From an uncultured Candidatus Saccharibacteria bacterium (GTDB lineage: Bacteria > Patescibacteriota > Saccharimonadia > QS-5-54-17), in the NCBI GenBank assembly GCA_964489295.1, contig CAZAXT010000004.1, positions 1 to 41,599 of the forward strand: 41,599 nucleotides of DNA. The letters run 5' to 3'. This document shows, piece by piece, positions 8,727 to 17,881 of this stretch (its first letter is position 1; every line of letters begins with the position of its first letter). Made by a program: the position numbers and the translations under genes. Under the pieces are notes generated by a model. It saw only the letters and a program-made list of their open reading frames with translations, was not told where the DNA came from and did no database searches.

Positions 8727-9134
8727 ACAGTGCTGTTATCTTAAGATTATGTTGTGTGCTCGTTCAAAAAATGAGAAGAACGAGGCGGCAAATCCGCTAC
8801 CTAATATAATTTATGAGCGCTTGCCGCCCCGTCTGTACTCCAGACTGGCGACAATCGCAACATATATTGTTACATAAGCCACCTGGAGTCGCCCTCCAGC
8901 AAGCTGATGCCGCGGGGGCGTCGACAGCCGCCCTACCTATTTGGGTAAGGCCAGTATGGACATAATTCTCGGGTGTCCATGCCGGCCCTACCACAGTAGA
9001 CGGCCATCCAAAAAGGAGGTTCATCCATCCGCTTTCACAGATAGATGTGGTGTGAAGGAGCAGCTTTTAATAGTTTTGTTTTGTGTGATGTGTTGGTTTT
9101 GTTCCTGAATGTTTTCAGGCGCTATTAAAAGCTT
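8701..9134 (-). ncRNA. Unclassified structured RNA candidate (~430 nt) with its own promoter and terminator
   Basis: Promoter TTGACA-17-TAACTT at 9169..9141. The GC-rich core contains many hairpins, including a ~19-bp hairpin GGUAGGGCCGGCAUGGACA/UGUCCAUACUGGCCUUACC, CUGGAG/CUCCAG, GGGGCGGCAA/UUGCCGCCUC and a 12-bp long-range stem AGCUUUUAAUAG/CUAUUAAAAGCU. It ends at the terminator at 8701..8726. There is no convincing CDS. Confidence 0.4.
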
Positions 9135-9140
9135 ACCCTT

Positions 9141-9169
9141 AAGTTAGCATGAGTGGTTCGCCGTGTCAA
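9141..9169 (-). promoter_or_regulatory. Sigma70-like promoter (TTGACA, 17-nt spacer, TAACTT)
   Basis: Read on the minus strand: ccaTTGACAcggcgaaccactcatgcTAACTTaagggta. Confidence 0.4.
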
Positions 9170-9250
9170 TGGATTTCCACATGAACTTTTGTAGTAATTT
9201 TTTCTATAGTACAGGTGATGTTACTGGAATTTGGAATGTGATTTAAAAAA

Positions 9251-10375
9251 TTACTTTTCCCGTAATCCGATTGCTTGTTGCACGGTGTGTAATTGGTGGT
9301 CGGCAACGTTTTGCATTTGCTCTTCACTGGTAGCGAGCTTGTCTTCGATGGCAGCATCGTCGAGTTCGCCTAAGCGGGACTGGAAATCCTGCAGGAATTC
9401 GGCTACATTGTCGGCCACCGCTTCTTTGAGCGGGCCGTACTGGGTTTGGCCGATGAATTGTTCCGTATCGCCGTCAAGTAACTCAAGAATATCCAGGAGA
9501 TTGCTGACTCCCGGTTGATTTTCGTAGTCACGTTGAGCCGGCACTTCATTTTCGCTATCCGTAGTGGCGTTTTTAATCTTCCTGTGTGCATCGTCAGGTG
9601 GGTCGTTCAAGAACAGGACGCCTTTTCCGGTTTCGTCACTCTTGCTCATCTTTTTGGTCGGATCTACCAGGTCGCGGATGCGTAGTCCCTGATCCTTGCC
9701 GAAGAATTGGTGCTGCTCCTTGACTGGCTTGGGGAGCATAAACAATTCGCCGAAGCGGCTGTTGATGCGACCGGCGATATCACGAGTAAATTCCAAATGT
9801 TGCGTCTGATCATCGCCCACGGGTACGTACTCAGCGCCGTACAAGAGGATATCGGCTGCCATAAGGATTGGATAGCTAAAAAGCCCAACCGAAACTCTGG
9901 ATTTAATTTCACTAATAACCTCACTTTGCTTCTCTTCCATCTCATCCGTGTCGTGCAGTTCACCTTGTAATTGTTCGTTATAATATTCCGAATTCTCTTT
10001 ATACAGCTTTTTTGACCTGTCTTTATACTGAGTCATTCGTTCCATCTCGCCTACGCCTGTGAAGCAGCTCAAAATCCACGTCAGCTCACTGTGCGCCGGG
10101 ATAAAGCTCTGGCGGTACACATAAATGTCCTGGCTGTCCAGCGGAAGTCCGGCCGCCACATTCATCTTCACAGTGTTCAGCGTCTGCTCATACAGTCGTG
10201 AATGATCGATGGGCGTCGTGAAACTATGCAGGTCCGGAATGAACAAATTGACCTGATACTCGCCGGCATGCCGTTTGGCCATATCCGCCATCGGCAACAT
10301 GGCACCCAGATAGTTGCCAAGGTGCAGGTCGTTGTTAGATCGAAGACCGGTTAATATAACTGGCTTACTCATCAT
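9251..10375 (-). CDS. trpS: Tryptophan--tRNA ligase
   Basis: Class I motifs HLGNYLG (HIGH) and KMSKS, plus MAADILLYG and VPVGDDQTQHLEFTRD. The ATG ATG at 10375/10372 is preferred over the track start at 10396 because it follows GGAAAGG and only minimally overlaps the rmuC stop. Confidence 0.92.
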   Translation of the reverse strand: MMSKPVILTGLRSNNDLHLGNYLGAMLPMADMAKRHAGEYQVNLFIPDLHSFTTPIDHSRLYEQTLNTVKMNVAAGLPLDSQDIYVYRQSFIPAHSELTWILSCFTGVGEMERMTQYKDRSKKLYKENSEYYNEQLQGELHDTDEMEEKQSEVISEIKSRVSVGLFSYPILMAADILLYGAEYVPVGDDQTQHLEFTRDIAGRINSRFGELFMLPKPVKEQHQFFGKDQGLRIRDLVDPTKKMSKSDETGKGVLFLNDPPDDAHRKIKNATTDSENEVPAQRDYENQPGVSNLLDILELLDGDTEQFIGQTQYGPLKEAVADNVAEFLQDFQSRLGELDDAAIEDKLATSEEQMQNVADHQLHTVQQAIGLREK

Positions 10376-11435
10376 CACCTTTCCGCGGTTTATCAATGGT
10401 GGCCGGGTCCACTGCCCGCTCGGTATCGGCGATGCGGACCACGTCCTTGTCTATTTTACCAAGTTCTTTGTGAGCGGTGTTGAAATGATTAACCGTTGTT
10501 CCCAGCGAATTGCCCAGCTTTTGCATATATTCCTCGTGGGTCGCGATGTGCCGGTGCAGCTCGGTCACGCGCTTCTGGATCTCCCGGACATTCTCTTCTA
10601 TCTCCAGGCTGCGCAACCCCTGGATGACCGTTTGTAGATAGGCCATGAAGGACGTCGGCGAGACGATGATAACCCGTTTTTCCTGAAAGGCATACTCGAT
10701 CAAATCCCGAGCGGTGGTGTTGCTGTTGCCGACGTTGTTGATCAACAGATCATAGTAAACGCCTTCCGAGGGGATGAACATGAAGGCGAAATCCATAGTG
10801 CCCAGATTCGGCTGGATATACTTGGCCGTTTCATCGATGCGGTTTTTCAGGTCGGCCTTGAACTCTTTTTGTATGCGATCGCGTTTGTCATCATCGTGCT
10901 CCTGTACCAGGCGATTATAGTTTTCCAGGCTGAATTTGGAGTCGATAGGCAGCGTTTTTCCTTGATCAAGGAAAATAGCCGCGTCCGGGATAAGCTTGTT
11001 GCCCTTTTCATCCTCGCCCAATGTATATTGTAGCCGGAATCGTTCCGGCGGCAGCACGTTCTTAAGTACCGTTTCCAGATAGTATTCACCCAGCACGCCC
11101 CGCTGTTTGGGGTTCTGGAGGATGTCCTGGAGACTCTGGAGTTGGTCGGTGACGCTGACGACCTGCTTATTGGTTTCATCCAGTTTGCCAAGCCGTTCGC
11201 GCACGTCGCCGATCACGTTCTGGGCATCTTTCATCTGTTTGTGAATGGTATCCTGTAGCGAGGTCTGGTTGGATTGCAGTCGTTCATCCAGCCGGGTTTG
11301 CAATTGGCTCATTTGTTCCTGCAGCAGATGCAGGCTTTCACTATCAGATCCTGACTGCTGTTTGCGGAATATTGCCGTTGCTATAACACCGGTTATCACT
11401 CCTGCTGCGAGCAATAGTACGTATTCGATCGGCAC
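10365..11435 (-). CDS. rmuC: DNA recombination protein RmuC
   Basis: 356 aa with an N-terminal TM helix, a long coiled coil and a C-terminal RmuC nuclease-like region (FAFMFIPSEGVYYD, VIIVSPTSFMAYLQ). GTG start, preceded by AGGAG 7 nt upstream. Confidence 0.85.
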   Translation of the reverse strand: MPIEYVLLLAAGVITGVIATAIFRKQQSGSDSESLHLLQEQMSQLQTRLDERLQSNQTSLQDTIHKQMKDAQNVIGDVRERLGKLDETNKQVVSVTDQLQSLQDILQNPKQRGVLGEYYLETVLKNVLPPERFRLQYTLGEDEKGNKLIPDAAIFLDQGKTLPIDSKFSLENYNRLVQEHDDDKRDRIQKEFKADLKNRIDETAKYIQPNLGTMDFAFMFIPSEGVYYDLLINNVGNSNTTARDLIEYAFQEKRVIIVSPTSFMAYLQTVIQGLRSLEIEENVREIQKRVTELHRHIATHEEYMQKLGNSLGTTVNHFNTAHKELGKIDKDVVRIADTERAVDPATIDKPRKGDDE

Positions 11436-11659
11436 CTACGCACTCCTGTTTTTACTACACACAGCGTAGCACACCCCATCCGTTCGCGCCTACGGTTTAT
11501 ACGTGACGCGGCACTACCGCATACATTACTGTATTATTTTCTAGCCTGGAAAGTATATTTCACTAAAACTCTGGGGATCACCCATGGCCATCCATCGTGA
11601 ACGTGTTGCAAAGACGGTACTTGAAATGAAACGAGTATGGAGGCGATACATAAGCCCCA

Positions 11660-11896
11660 TCATGCTTTTTGGGGTGCAGTTTTCTGCTTGGGTTTTTGTT
11701 TTCGTTGCCGTATGATTTCGGCGCCGCCGGCTTGAGCTGCGTTCACCCCGGCGCCAGCAAACAGCACGTTTTCATAGGCAGGGAATACGACACCGGCTCC
11801 GCCCAGTGCCGCGGCACCGAGTAAACTGACATTTCGGAACCACTTGAGCCGTTCGGGATCTAATAATCCTTGTTTTTCCACCCTATCCGTTGCCAT
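11660..11896 (-). CDS. Small hypothetical protein with a Gly/Ala-rich hydrophobic segment and a basic tail
   Basis: The track ORF is 11660..12004. I prefer Met37 (ATG 11896) because a TATAAT box at 11908..11903 ends 6 nt upstream, the same leaderless pattern seen at other genes here. Confidence 0.4.
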   Translation of the reverse strand: MATDRVEKQGLLDPERLKWFRNVSLLGAAALGGAGVVFPAYENVLFAGAGVNAAQAGGAEIIRQRKQKPKQKTAPQKA

Positions 11897-12102
11897 ATCC
11901 TCATTATAGCACTGTTTGTACTCCGTTTCGGCGGAGCTACCCGTTAAGAGGTAATCCAGCAAACCACGCCCTTCCAAACCAAGTCGTAACCACGGATAAA
12001 TCATATTTAAATATGATTTCCGTCGGAGTTATACGCTACTGTAATGGTATTGTTTTAGACGTATTGCCAGGTGCTCAGAGCGCAGCTATATTTTGAACGC
12101 GC

Positions 12103-14532
12103 TTACTCGGATTGCGCGTCAGTGGTTTCAGTATTCGCAGCCTCCAGGTCCAGATCCCCAGCATCCAGCGTCACGCTGTTGCCCGGTTGTAAATCGCCGC
12201 TCAAAAGCAGCTTGGATACCACGTTTTCCACCGTACGTTGCATAACTCGGCGCATCGGCCGTGCACCGAGTCGCGGATCGTATCCTGCGTCCACGATGGC
12301 TTGGGTGGCCGCATCGGTCAAAGCAACGGAAACCTGCCGATCGGCCAGGTTCTGGTTGACGTCACGTAAGAGTAATTCCACGACCTGTAAGAGCTCATTC
12401 TTCCCGAGCGGCCGGAATAGCACAGTTTCGTCGAACCGGTTGATCAGCTCGGGCTTGAATTGTTGATCACTGATAAGCTGGTCGATAAACTCCTGGCTGA
12501 AATCTTTCAGATCATAACCTTCCTCTATAAAGGAACGAATAGTGTCAGCGCCAGCATTGGACGTAGTGATGACGATAGCATCACGGAACGACACTGCCCT
12601 GCCGTTGGTATCCGTTAACTGCCCTTCGTCCAGCATTTGTAGCAATAAATTCAACACTTCATCTGATGCTTTCTCGATCTCATCCAGCAATACCACACTG
12701 AAGGGTTGCATACGCATAGCAGTCAGGAATGTACCGCTGTCACCTGCTGGTGCCAGTAATCGCTGGGTGCTCTCGGGTTGGTTGTATTCGGTCATGTCCA
12801 CTCGAACCATATGATCCTCGCCACCGAAATACAGGGCCGCCAGCGACTTGCTGAGCTCAGTTTTGCCTACACCCGTCGGCCCCAGGAAGAGAAAACTTCC
12901 GACCGGCCGGTTCTGATCCCGTACGCCCGCTCGTGCCCGCCGTAGGGCGTCGGATACGACCCCTACGGCGTATGACTGGTTGACCATCCGCTGATGTAAA
13001 TGATCTTCCAGATTCAGCAATACGTCCTGTTCAGCATCCGTTGTCCCGGATACTTTGGTGCCGGTCATCGATTCGACCGCCTGCTGCACCGACGCAGGTA
13101 ACACCCAGCCGGATACCGCGTTCGGAGCCGCGCTTTTGAGCAATGTGATGCCTTTGCCCGGAAACGCCTGGTCGGGCATATACCGATCCGCCAACCGATA
13201 CGTTTCCCGGATGGCCTGATAACGTATATGCACTTCTTTCTCGGTCTCCACTGCCAGTGATTGGTCCTGGAGTACGTATTCCGTCATCTGCTGATCTGGT
13301 TCGGTGATTTGTATCTGTTGTATATAAGCCGCGATGTCCGGAGCGGTACTGGCGAGTTGCTGCCAGTCCTCGGGTCGCAACGCAAGTACGATGCGCGCGG
13401 CATTATTGGAGACCACCTGAGCGAGGATGTTGGTCATGTCGGTCGCTCCGGATTGCTCGGTCAGAAAACTGCGGGCGTCATCGAAGAACAGGATGATATT
13501 TCCTGCCTGGCGCGATTCGGCGATGATCCGCAACAGGAGTGACTCCAGGTTGCCGCTACGGTTGGCTTCGGACACGATAGCGGTTGAATCAAGGGAGAAC
13601 ACTTTATAGTACTGTAGCGTGTGATTGGCGGGATCCAGTAACCGTTCGGCCAGCGCATAAACCAGTGAGGTTTTGCCGGCTCCGGTTTTTCCTATCAGTG
13701 CGATCGAGTTTTGGGTTTTCTGCGCCAGCGTATGCAACATCTGATCCAGGCTGCTGGAGTGTGTCTGCAGGTACATATGCTGGTACACGCCGTGTTCGAC
13801 ATCGGTGCTGATATCGTGGCCGAATCGATTCAAAAGTGGCGTGTACCCAGCTGCCCAATCCCGGGCAAACCCACCGAATGATCGATTTTGTTGTAATTTA
13901 TGTAATATTTTATCTGTTCTAAATTGCCAATGCAGAACATGAACGACATCTTCGGCTTGTAGCTTCTGCTCTTGCAGCCATTGTTCACTGTCGTCGCGAT
14001 TGAGTATGAGCGCCGTTGCCATGGCGCCGTCCGTAATCGAACTCGCACCAACGTACTGGCTCAACCGACGGGCGTGCTCCCATGCCGGATGCATATCCTC
14101 CGATGAGTCGCTCACTCTAGCAGTTACTTCCTGTGGATCCAACCCTAGGCGGTTCAATATGAATCCAGTGGGCCACGTGCCAAGTAGTTCGATCCATAAC
14201 TGCCGGGGGGTGTTGCTATCCGAGGCGCACCGTAAAAGCATGAAGTCGGCTTGGGCATTCGGATCGATCGCATCAGTATTGATCCCAGCGGTCGGCGGTA
14301 CATCCCGCAGGTACAAGCGCCACCATAGAAAAAGTTGAACTAGCAATATCAGGATAGCTCCGGCAAGGTATATGATACTGACCGGCCAATTCAAAAGCAT
14401 TGACGTGGCCAAAACCACTGCACCGACCAGAAAAACCACACGCCATATCCATACGTGCCAGCCTTCGAGCCAGTGACGGTAGCGGGCAGACCGGACCCTG
14501 AACGCGTTCGGCTGTATCGCTTTTATATCCAT
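12103..14532 (-). CDS. Membrane-anchored two-ring AAA+ Clp/Hsp100-like ATPase
   Basis: D1 has Walker A LIGKTGAGKTS and an atypical Walker B ILFFDDA. D2 has FLGPTGVGKTE and VVLLDEIEKA, followed by FKPELINRFDE. Two N-terminal TM helices follow the start MDIKAIQ (ATG 14532). The first 59 codons of the track ORF overlap the upstream gene and were dropped. Confidence 0.8.
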   Translation of the reverse strand: MDIKAIQPNAFRVRSARYRHWLEGWHVWIWRVVFLVGAVVLATSMLLNWPVSIIYLAGAILILLVQLFLWWRLYLRDVPPTAGINTDAIDPNAQADFMLLRCASDSNTPRQLWIELLGTWPTGFILNRLGLDPQEVTARVSDSSEDMHPAWEHARRLSQYVGASSITDGAMATALILNRDDSEQWLQEQKLQAEDVVHVLHWQFRTDKILHKLQQNRSFGGFARDWAAGYTPLLNRFGHDISTDVEHGVYQHMYLQTHSSSLDQMLHTLAQKTQNSIALIGKTGAGKTSLVYALAERLLDPANHTLQYYKVFSLDSTAIVSEANRSGNLESLLLRIIAESRQAGNIILFFDDARSFLTEQSGATDMTNILAQVVSNNAARIVLALRPEDWQQLASTAPDIAAYIQQIQITEPDQQMTEYVLQDQSLAVETEKEVHIRYQAIRETYRLADRYMPDQAFPGKGITLLKSAAPNAVSGWVLPASVQQAVESMTGTKVSGTTDAEQDVLLNLEDHLHQRMVNQSYAVGVVSDALRRARAGVRDQNRPVGSFLFLGPTGVGKTELSKSLAALYFGGEDHMVRVDMTEYNQPESTQRLLAPAGDSGTFLTAMRMQPFSVVLLDEIEKASDEVLNLLLQMLDEGQLTDTNGRAVSFRDAIVITTSNAGADTIRSFIEEGYDLKDFSQEFIDQLISDQQFKPELINRFDETVLFRPLGKNELLQVVELLLRDVNQNLADRQVSVALTDAATQAIVDAGYDPRLGARPMRRVMQRTVENVVSKLLLSGDLQPGNSVTLDAGDLDLEAANTETTDAQSE

Positions 14533-14900
14533 ATCCGCACCACCGCCATTATGAAACCGCCGACCACCGCTACGGGGGCAAACGGCCACAGCAGCAACAG
14601 CACGCCTCCCGTTATGGCCGTTGCGGTCAAGAATACGATCGCCACACCCAGTACGATAATCCGTATAAACGCACCCAGGAACCGCGAAACCTGGTTCCCC
14701 ACCCACCATTGCAGCCGCACTGGTAATGGCGTATTTGGGCCCGCCACGTTAACGGTCTGTTTCCATGGAGCGAATAGAGTGCGCACCAGAACCGGTACGG
14801 AAAAATTATGCAGCGTAGCGTGCAACAGACGGAGTAACGCCCGTGCTGCGGCCTGCCACCCGTACCGGTACCACCACTGCCACAAGGTGAGAATTATCAT
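14523..14900 (-). CDS. Small membrane protein, start/stop-overlapped with the AAA+ ATPase
   Basis: 125-aa ORF with hydrophobic helices. It overlaps the downstream gene by 10 nt. A TAAAAT box at 14912..14907 ends 6 nt before the ATG. Confidence 0.55.
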   Translation of the reverse strand: MIILTLWQWWYRYGWQAAARALLRLLHATLHNFSVPVLVRTLFAPWKQTVNVAGPNTPLPVRLQWWVGNQVSRFLGAFIRIIVLGVAIVFLTATAITGGVLLLLWPFAPVAVVGGFIMAVVRIWI

Positions 14901-15133
14901 AGGTGCATTTTAGCACAGAAATCAGGGTGCAGCGTGTAAAGCCCGGGATACATGCAATACGATAAGATGCGACGATTCACCAGGCCATACGGTCTCGTTT
15001 CTTTGGGTTCGGGTTTTGCACGTTTTTTCCGTTTTTCTTCTTTCTCCACACTTCCTACTTTTTATCTCCTCATAAATGGCATACCCGGTGCTTCTAAAAT
15101 TCCTTTACTCGCCTTGGGCCCGGTTCGTGTAGC

Positions 15134-16879
15134 TCAACCATTGAGTACATTTTGTATTTGGCGGGCGAGTTTTTCGAATTGCCACCACTGTCCGCCATAG
15201 GAGTAAATGGCTAATACGTAGTCACGCCCATTACCTTCTACGATAGCGACGTCATGCAAATACCCCTGGAAGAATCCGATTTTATTAGCCACTGTACCCG
15301 ACGATCCGGCTGGTATACCGCTCCGATAAATCTGCTGCTGTAAATGGCCGAGCAACCGCCCTGTATGGTGTTCATTCAGCAACTCTCCCCTTCGCAGCCG
15401 CTGCATAAATGCCGTCGCATCTGAGGGGGTTGTGTGTTTATTGACCCGGCCGGATCGTTGATTATTCAGTGTAGTTTGCTGAAATCCGGCATCATTGAGC
15501 AGTTTATCTACCCGCTCCCAGCCTATTGCATTGCCGAGCGCCGTTGCGCAGGGATTCGTCGAGTACAGGATCATCTTCTTCAGACAGTACCCGACATTAC
15601 CTGCTCCCGTTTCCTGATTCATGCTCAGGTTATCGTTCTCGATCTCGGTGTAGGCCGTGTACGCCAGATACATTTTATAGGTACTGGCGGTCACGAATCG
15701 TTTATTACCGTTGTGCGAAGCCTGTATATTGCCATCCATGGTGCGGACGACCAACCCGTAATTCCCACTGTGCGAAGCCGCGAAGTTAGCAAGAAGCGCT
15801 TCAATGCCCTGGTTGCTTCTGCTGTAGGATACGTCGCGCTCGAGGGGCGGTTCCACGGTGTTAATCACGAGTGCTACTTCGGCCGTTCCATTCTCCGACA
15901 ATAGCGCCGATCGTATACTTTTCATACTGGCGCTTACGTCGAGCTCGCGTCCTTTTTCACCGGGGGTTTCGTTTTCTACGGTGCCATCCCGGACAACTTG
16001 CTCTCTTGGAACCGGTTGTTCATCGATGTTTTTAGCCAATTCCTGTAAATGCGCAGTGATTTCCCGTTCGTTTACTCCCGGGGACGGCATTCCTTCCCCG
16101 TTCTTTTCAATCGCCAGCCAACTGGCCACCTCCCGATCCTCTACCGTGTATGTCGTATCATTATGAGTAAGGCGGACATCAGTCGCCATAAGCCGCCGCA
16201 TTTCCCGGGCAACGTGATCGATCTGACCCGCCGTAATATCAGGAGGCTGTGTTTCTACGGGTACCGACACGGTGTCATCCAGCTCAGCAGCGTTATCACG
16301 CAACCGACGCTTCAGAATACCGGTGTTGATCTGCCGGGATGATTGTCCCGGTTTGACTTTGGCCTCTCGGCCGTCCAGCACGACCTGGGCGTCGAGCGAT
16401 TCGCGTTCATATTCGGCAAAAGTATTCTCCAGAAACGAATTGAACCGTTTTTCGTCAAGCTCTACGACCAGATCGTAGTCTTGAACATTCCAGAAGTTCC
16501 ACGCACTCTCTATACCGCGCCTCCGACTCTGCTGTTGGTCACGGATACGGCTGTACGATTCAGGCATATCGAAGGTTATCCCCGTTTCTGCGTATGTAGC
16601 GGTTGTGGTGTAGGAGTCTATCCGGAATTTCACGCTGCGACCGGCCAGTTCATTTTTTTCAAAAGCGCCGGCCGCTTCCTCTGACGTCATTCCCCCGATA
16701 TACTCCCCGCCCATCCACGTACCCGGTGTCAACCGCTGTTGAGGATACACATGGGCAGCCGTGTACCCGACCACCCAGACGCCGAACGTTACCATAAGCG
16801 TCAACGCTGCTCCCGCAGTCCACATCCAGCGGTGGTGTATATACTTATGGGAAGCTACGCGGAAAACAAGCGTATGCAT
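15134..16879 (-). CDS. Membrane-anchored serine hydrolase with a class-A beta-lactamase / DD-peptidase fold
   Basis: 581 aa with an N-terminal TM helix. The C-terminal domain has SxxK (ASTYK), an SxN-like motif (YSTN) and a KTG-like motif (NKIGF). Confidence 0.7.
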   Translation of the reverse strand: MHTLVFRVASHKYIHHRWMWTAGAALTLMVTFGVWVVGYTAAHVYPQQRLTPGTWMGGEYIGGMTSEEAAGAFEKNELAGRSVKFRIDSYTTTATYAETGITFDMPESYSRIRDQQQSRRRGIESAWNFWNVQDYDLVVELDEKRFNSFLENTFAEYERESLDAQVVLDGREAKVKPGQSSRQINTGILKRRLRDNAAELDDTVSVPVETQPPDITAGQIDHVAREMRRLMATDVRLTHNDTTYTVEDREVASWLAIEKNGEGMPSPGVNEREITAHLQELAKNIDEQPVPREQVVRDGTVENETPGEKGRELDVSASMKSIRSALLSENGTAEVALVINTVEPPLERDVSYSRSNQGIEALLANFAASHSGNYGLVVRTMDGNIQASHNGNKRFVTASTYKMYLAYTAYTEIENDNLSMNQETGAGNVGYCLKKMILYSTNPCATALGNAIGWERVDKLLNDAGFQQTTLNNQRSGRVNKHTTPSDATAFMQRLRRGELLNEHHTGRLLGHLQQQIYRSGIPAGSSGTVANKIGFFQGYLHDVAIVEGNGRDYVLAIYSYGGQWWQFEKLARQIQNVLNG

Positions 16880-16966
16880 GATAGACGTTTTTTGATGTTT
16901 TATTTATTTTTATATAGTGACTATGCGCACATCATACCAGATGCAGGTATCCCAGTATACGTGCAT

Positions 16967-17572
16967 TTATCTTTTGAGCGGCACGAAGGCGAAGCCGGGA
17001 TACTCATGAAACTCGACATCACCGTCCGCTGATTTGTCTACTTGCATGATGGCATGTTTGACCGCGATGATCATCCGACCGCCATTGGCCAGTTGATCCA
17101 CCAGCTCATCCGGCAGTTCTTCCCCCGCGGCCGAGACGAGGATCCGGTCGAATGGCGCTTTATCCGGTAACCCGAACATATCACCCGCCTCAAGAATTTC
17201 GGCATTGTCAAAGTCATACGCGGCCAGATTGTTTTGGCCGAATTCTACCAAATCTGGTATCCGTTCTACGCCGTACACGCTACCGGACTCGCCGACCACG
17301 TGTGCCAGCAGAGCAGTCGTCCATCCCGACCCGGAACCGACATCCAACACCGTATTTCCCTTGTGTGGTTGTAATTTTTCCAACATAAACACCACGGTGG
17401 AAGGTTGTGAATTGGTTTGCCCATAGCCGATCGGGAGCGGCTGGTCTTGATACGCAGAGGAAAGCTGGTCTCCGGTAAGAAAATCAGCTCTATCTATCGA
17501 CTGGAACGCGTATATAAGCGCTTCCGTCTGGAGTGCGTCACTGGATTGCAACCTTTCAACGAGTCGTTCCAT
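16967..17572 (-). CDS. pcm: Protein-L-isoaspartate O-methyltransferase
   Basis: Carries the SAM-binding motif VLDVGSGSGWTTALLA and the PIMT-type motifs GQTNSQPSTV and DRILVSAAG. The start is set at MERLVERL; the track start at 17596 overlaps a TATAAT box. Confidence 0.85.
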   Translation of the reverse strand: MERLVERLQSSDALQTEALIYAFQSIDRADFLTGDQLSSAYQDQPLPIGYGQTNSQPSTVVFMLEKLQPHKGNTVLDVGSGSGWTTALLAHVVGESGSVYGVERIPDLVEFGQNNLAAYDFDNAEILEAGDMFGLPDKAPFDRILVSAAGEELPDELVDQLANGGRMIIAVKHAIMQVDKSADGDVEFHEYPGFAFVPLKR

Positions 17573-17636
17573 GCCTCTTATACCATTATAAAACACGAAG
17601 GCGTTTTTGATATAATGAAAGAAAGAGGAGGCGTGT

Positions 17637-17879
17637 ATGCCATACGATGACCAAAGCGAGTTGCCAGAGAGTGTACGGAATGTATTACCACCCCATGCAC
17701 AGGATATTTACAAAGAAGCGCACAATAACGCCTTGCAGCAGTATCAAAACCCGGAAGAACGTCGCGACGGAAAGAAGGACGATCCCGAAGAAGTGGCGCA
17801 CAAAGTCGCGTGGGATGCCGTGAAGTCGCAGTATGAAAAAGGCGATGATGGCAACTGGCACCCGAAAGATAAATCGTAA
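17637..17879 (+). CDS. ChaB-family protein
   Basis: 80 aa with the ChaB-like pattern LPESVRNVLPPHAQDIYKEAHNNA and EEVAHKVAWDAVKSQYEK. A strong SD (GAGGAGG) and a TATAAT box lie upstream. Confidence 0.7.
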   Translation: MPYDDQSELPESVRNVLPPHAQDIYKEAHNNALQQYQNPEERRDGKKDDPEEVAHKVAWDAVKSQYEKGDDGNWHPKDKS

Positions 17880-17881
17880 GT

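Noticed and set aside
8870-9180. RNase P RNA-like strings (GUGGAAAUCC, CCCAAAUAGG, GGUGGCUUAUG) on the minus strand
   Set aside because: The putative P4 strands do not pair properly: A-C mismatches, and no AAGUCC. A bona fide rnpB with all conserved regions is present at 37103..37711. The region is kept only as an unclassified ncRNA candidate.
8430-9250. T-box leader or SRP RNA upstream of the pheST unit; also the ORFs 8527..8877 (+) and 8797..9024 (-)
   Set aside because: There is no AGGGUGGNACCGCG T-box sequence adjacent to a terminator (only a weak AAAGGUGCACCCG). There is no SRP domain-IV GGAA/AGCAGC motif in a proper helix context. The two ORFs have no SD, have odd Cys/Arg-rich composition and overlap strong RNA helices.
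14533-14709. 59-codon N-terminal extension of the AAA+ ATPase ORF
   Set aside because: It overlaps the upstream membrane-protein gene in another frame and is Gly/Arg-rich. The Met at 14532 immediately precedes the TM helices.
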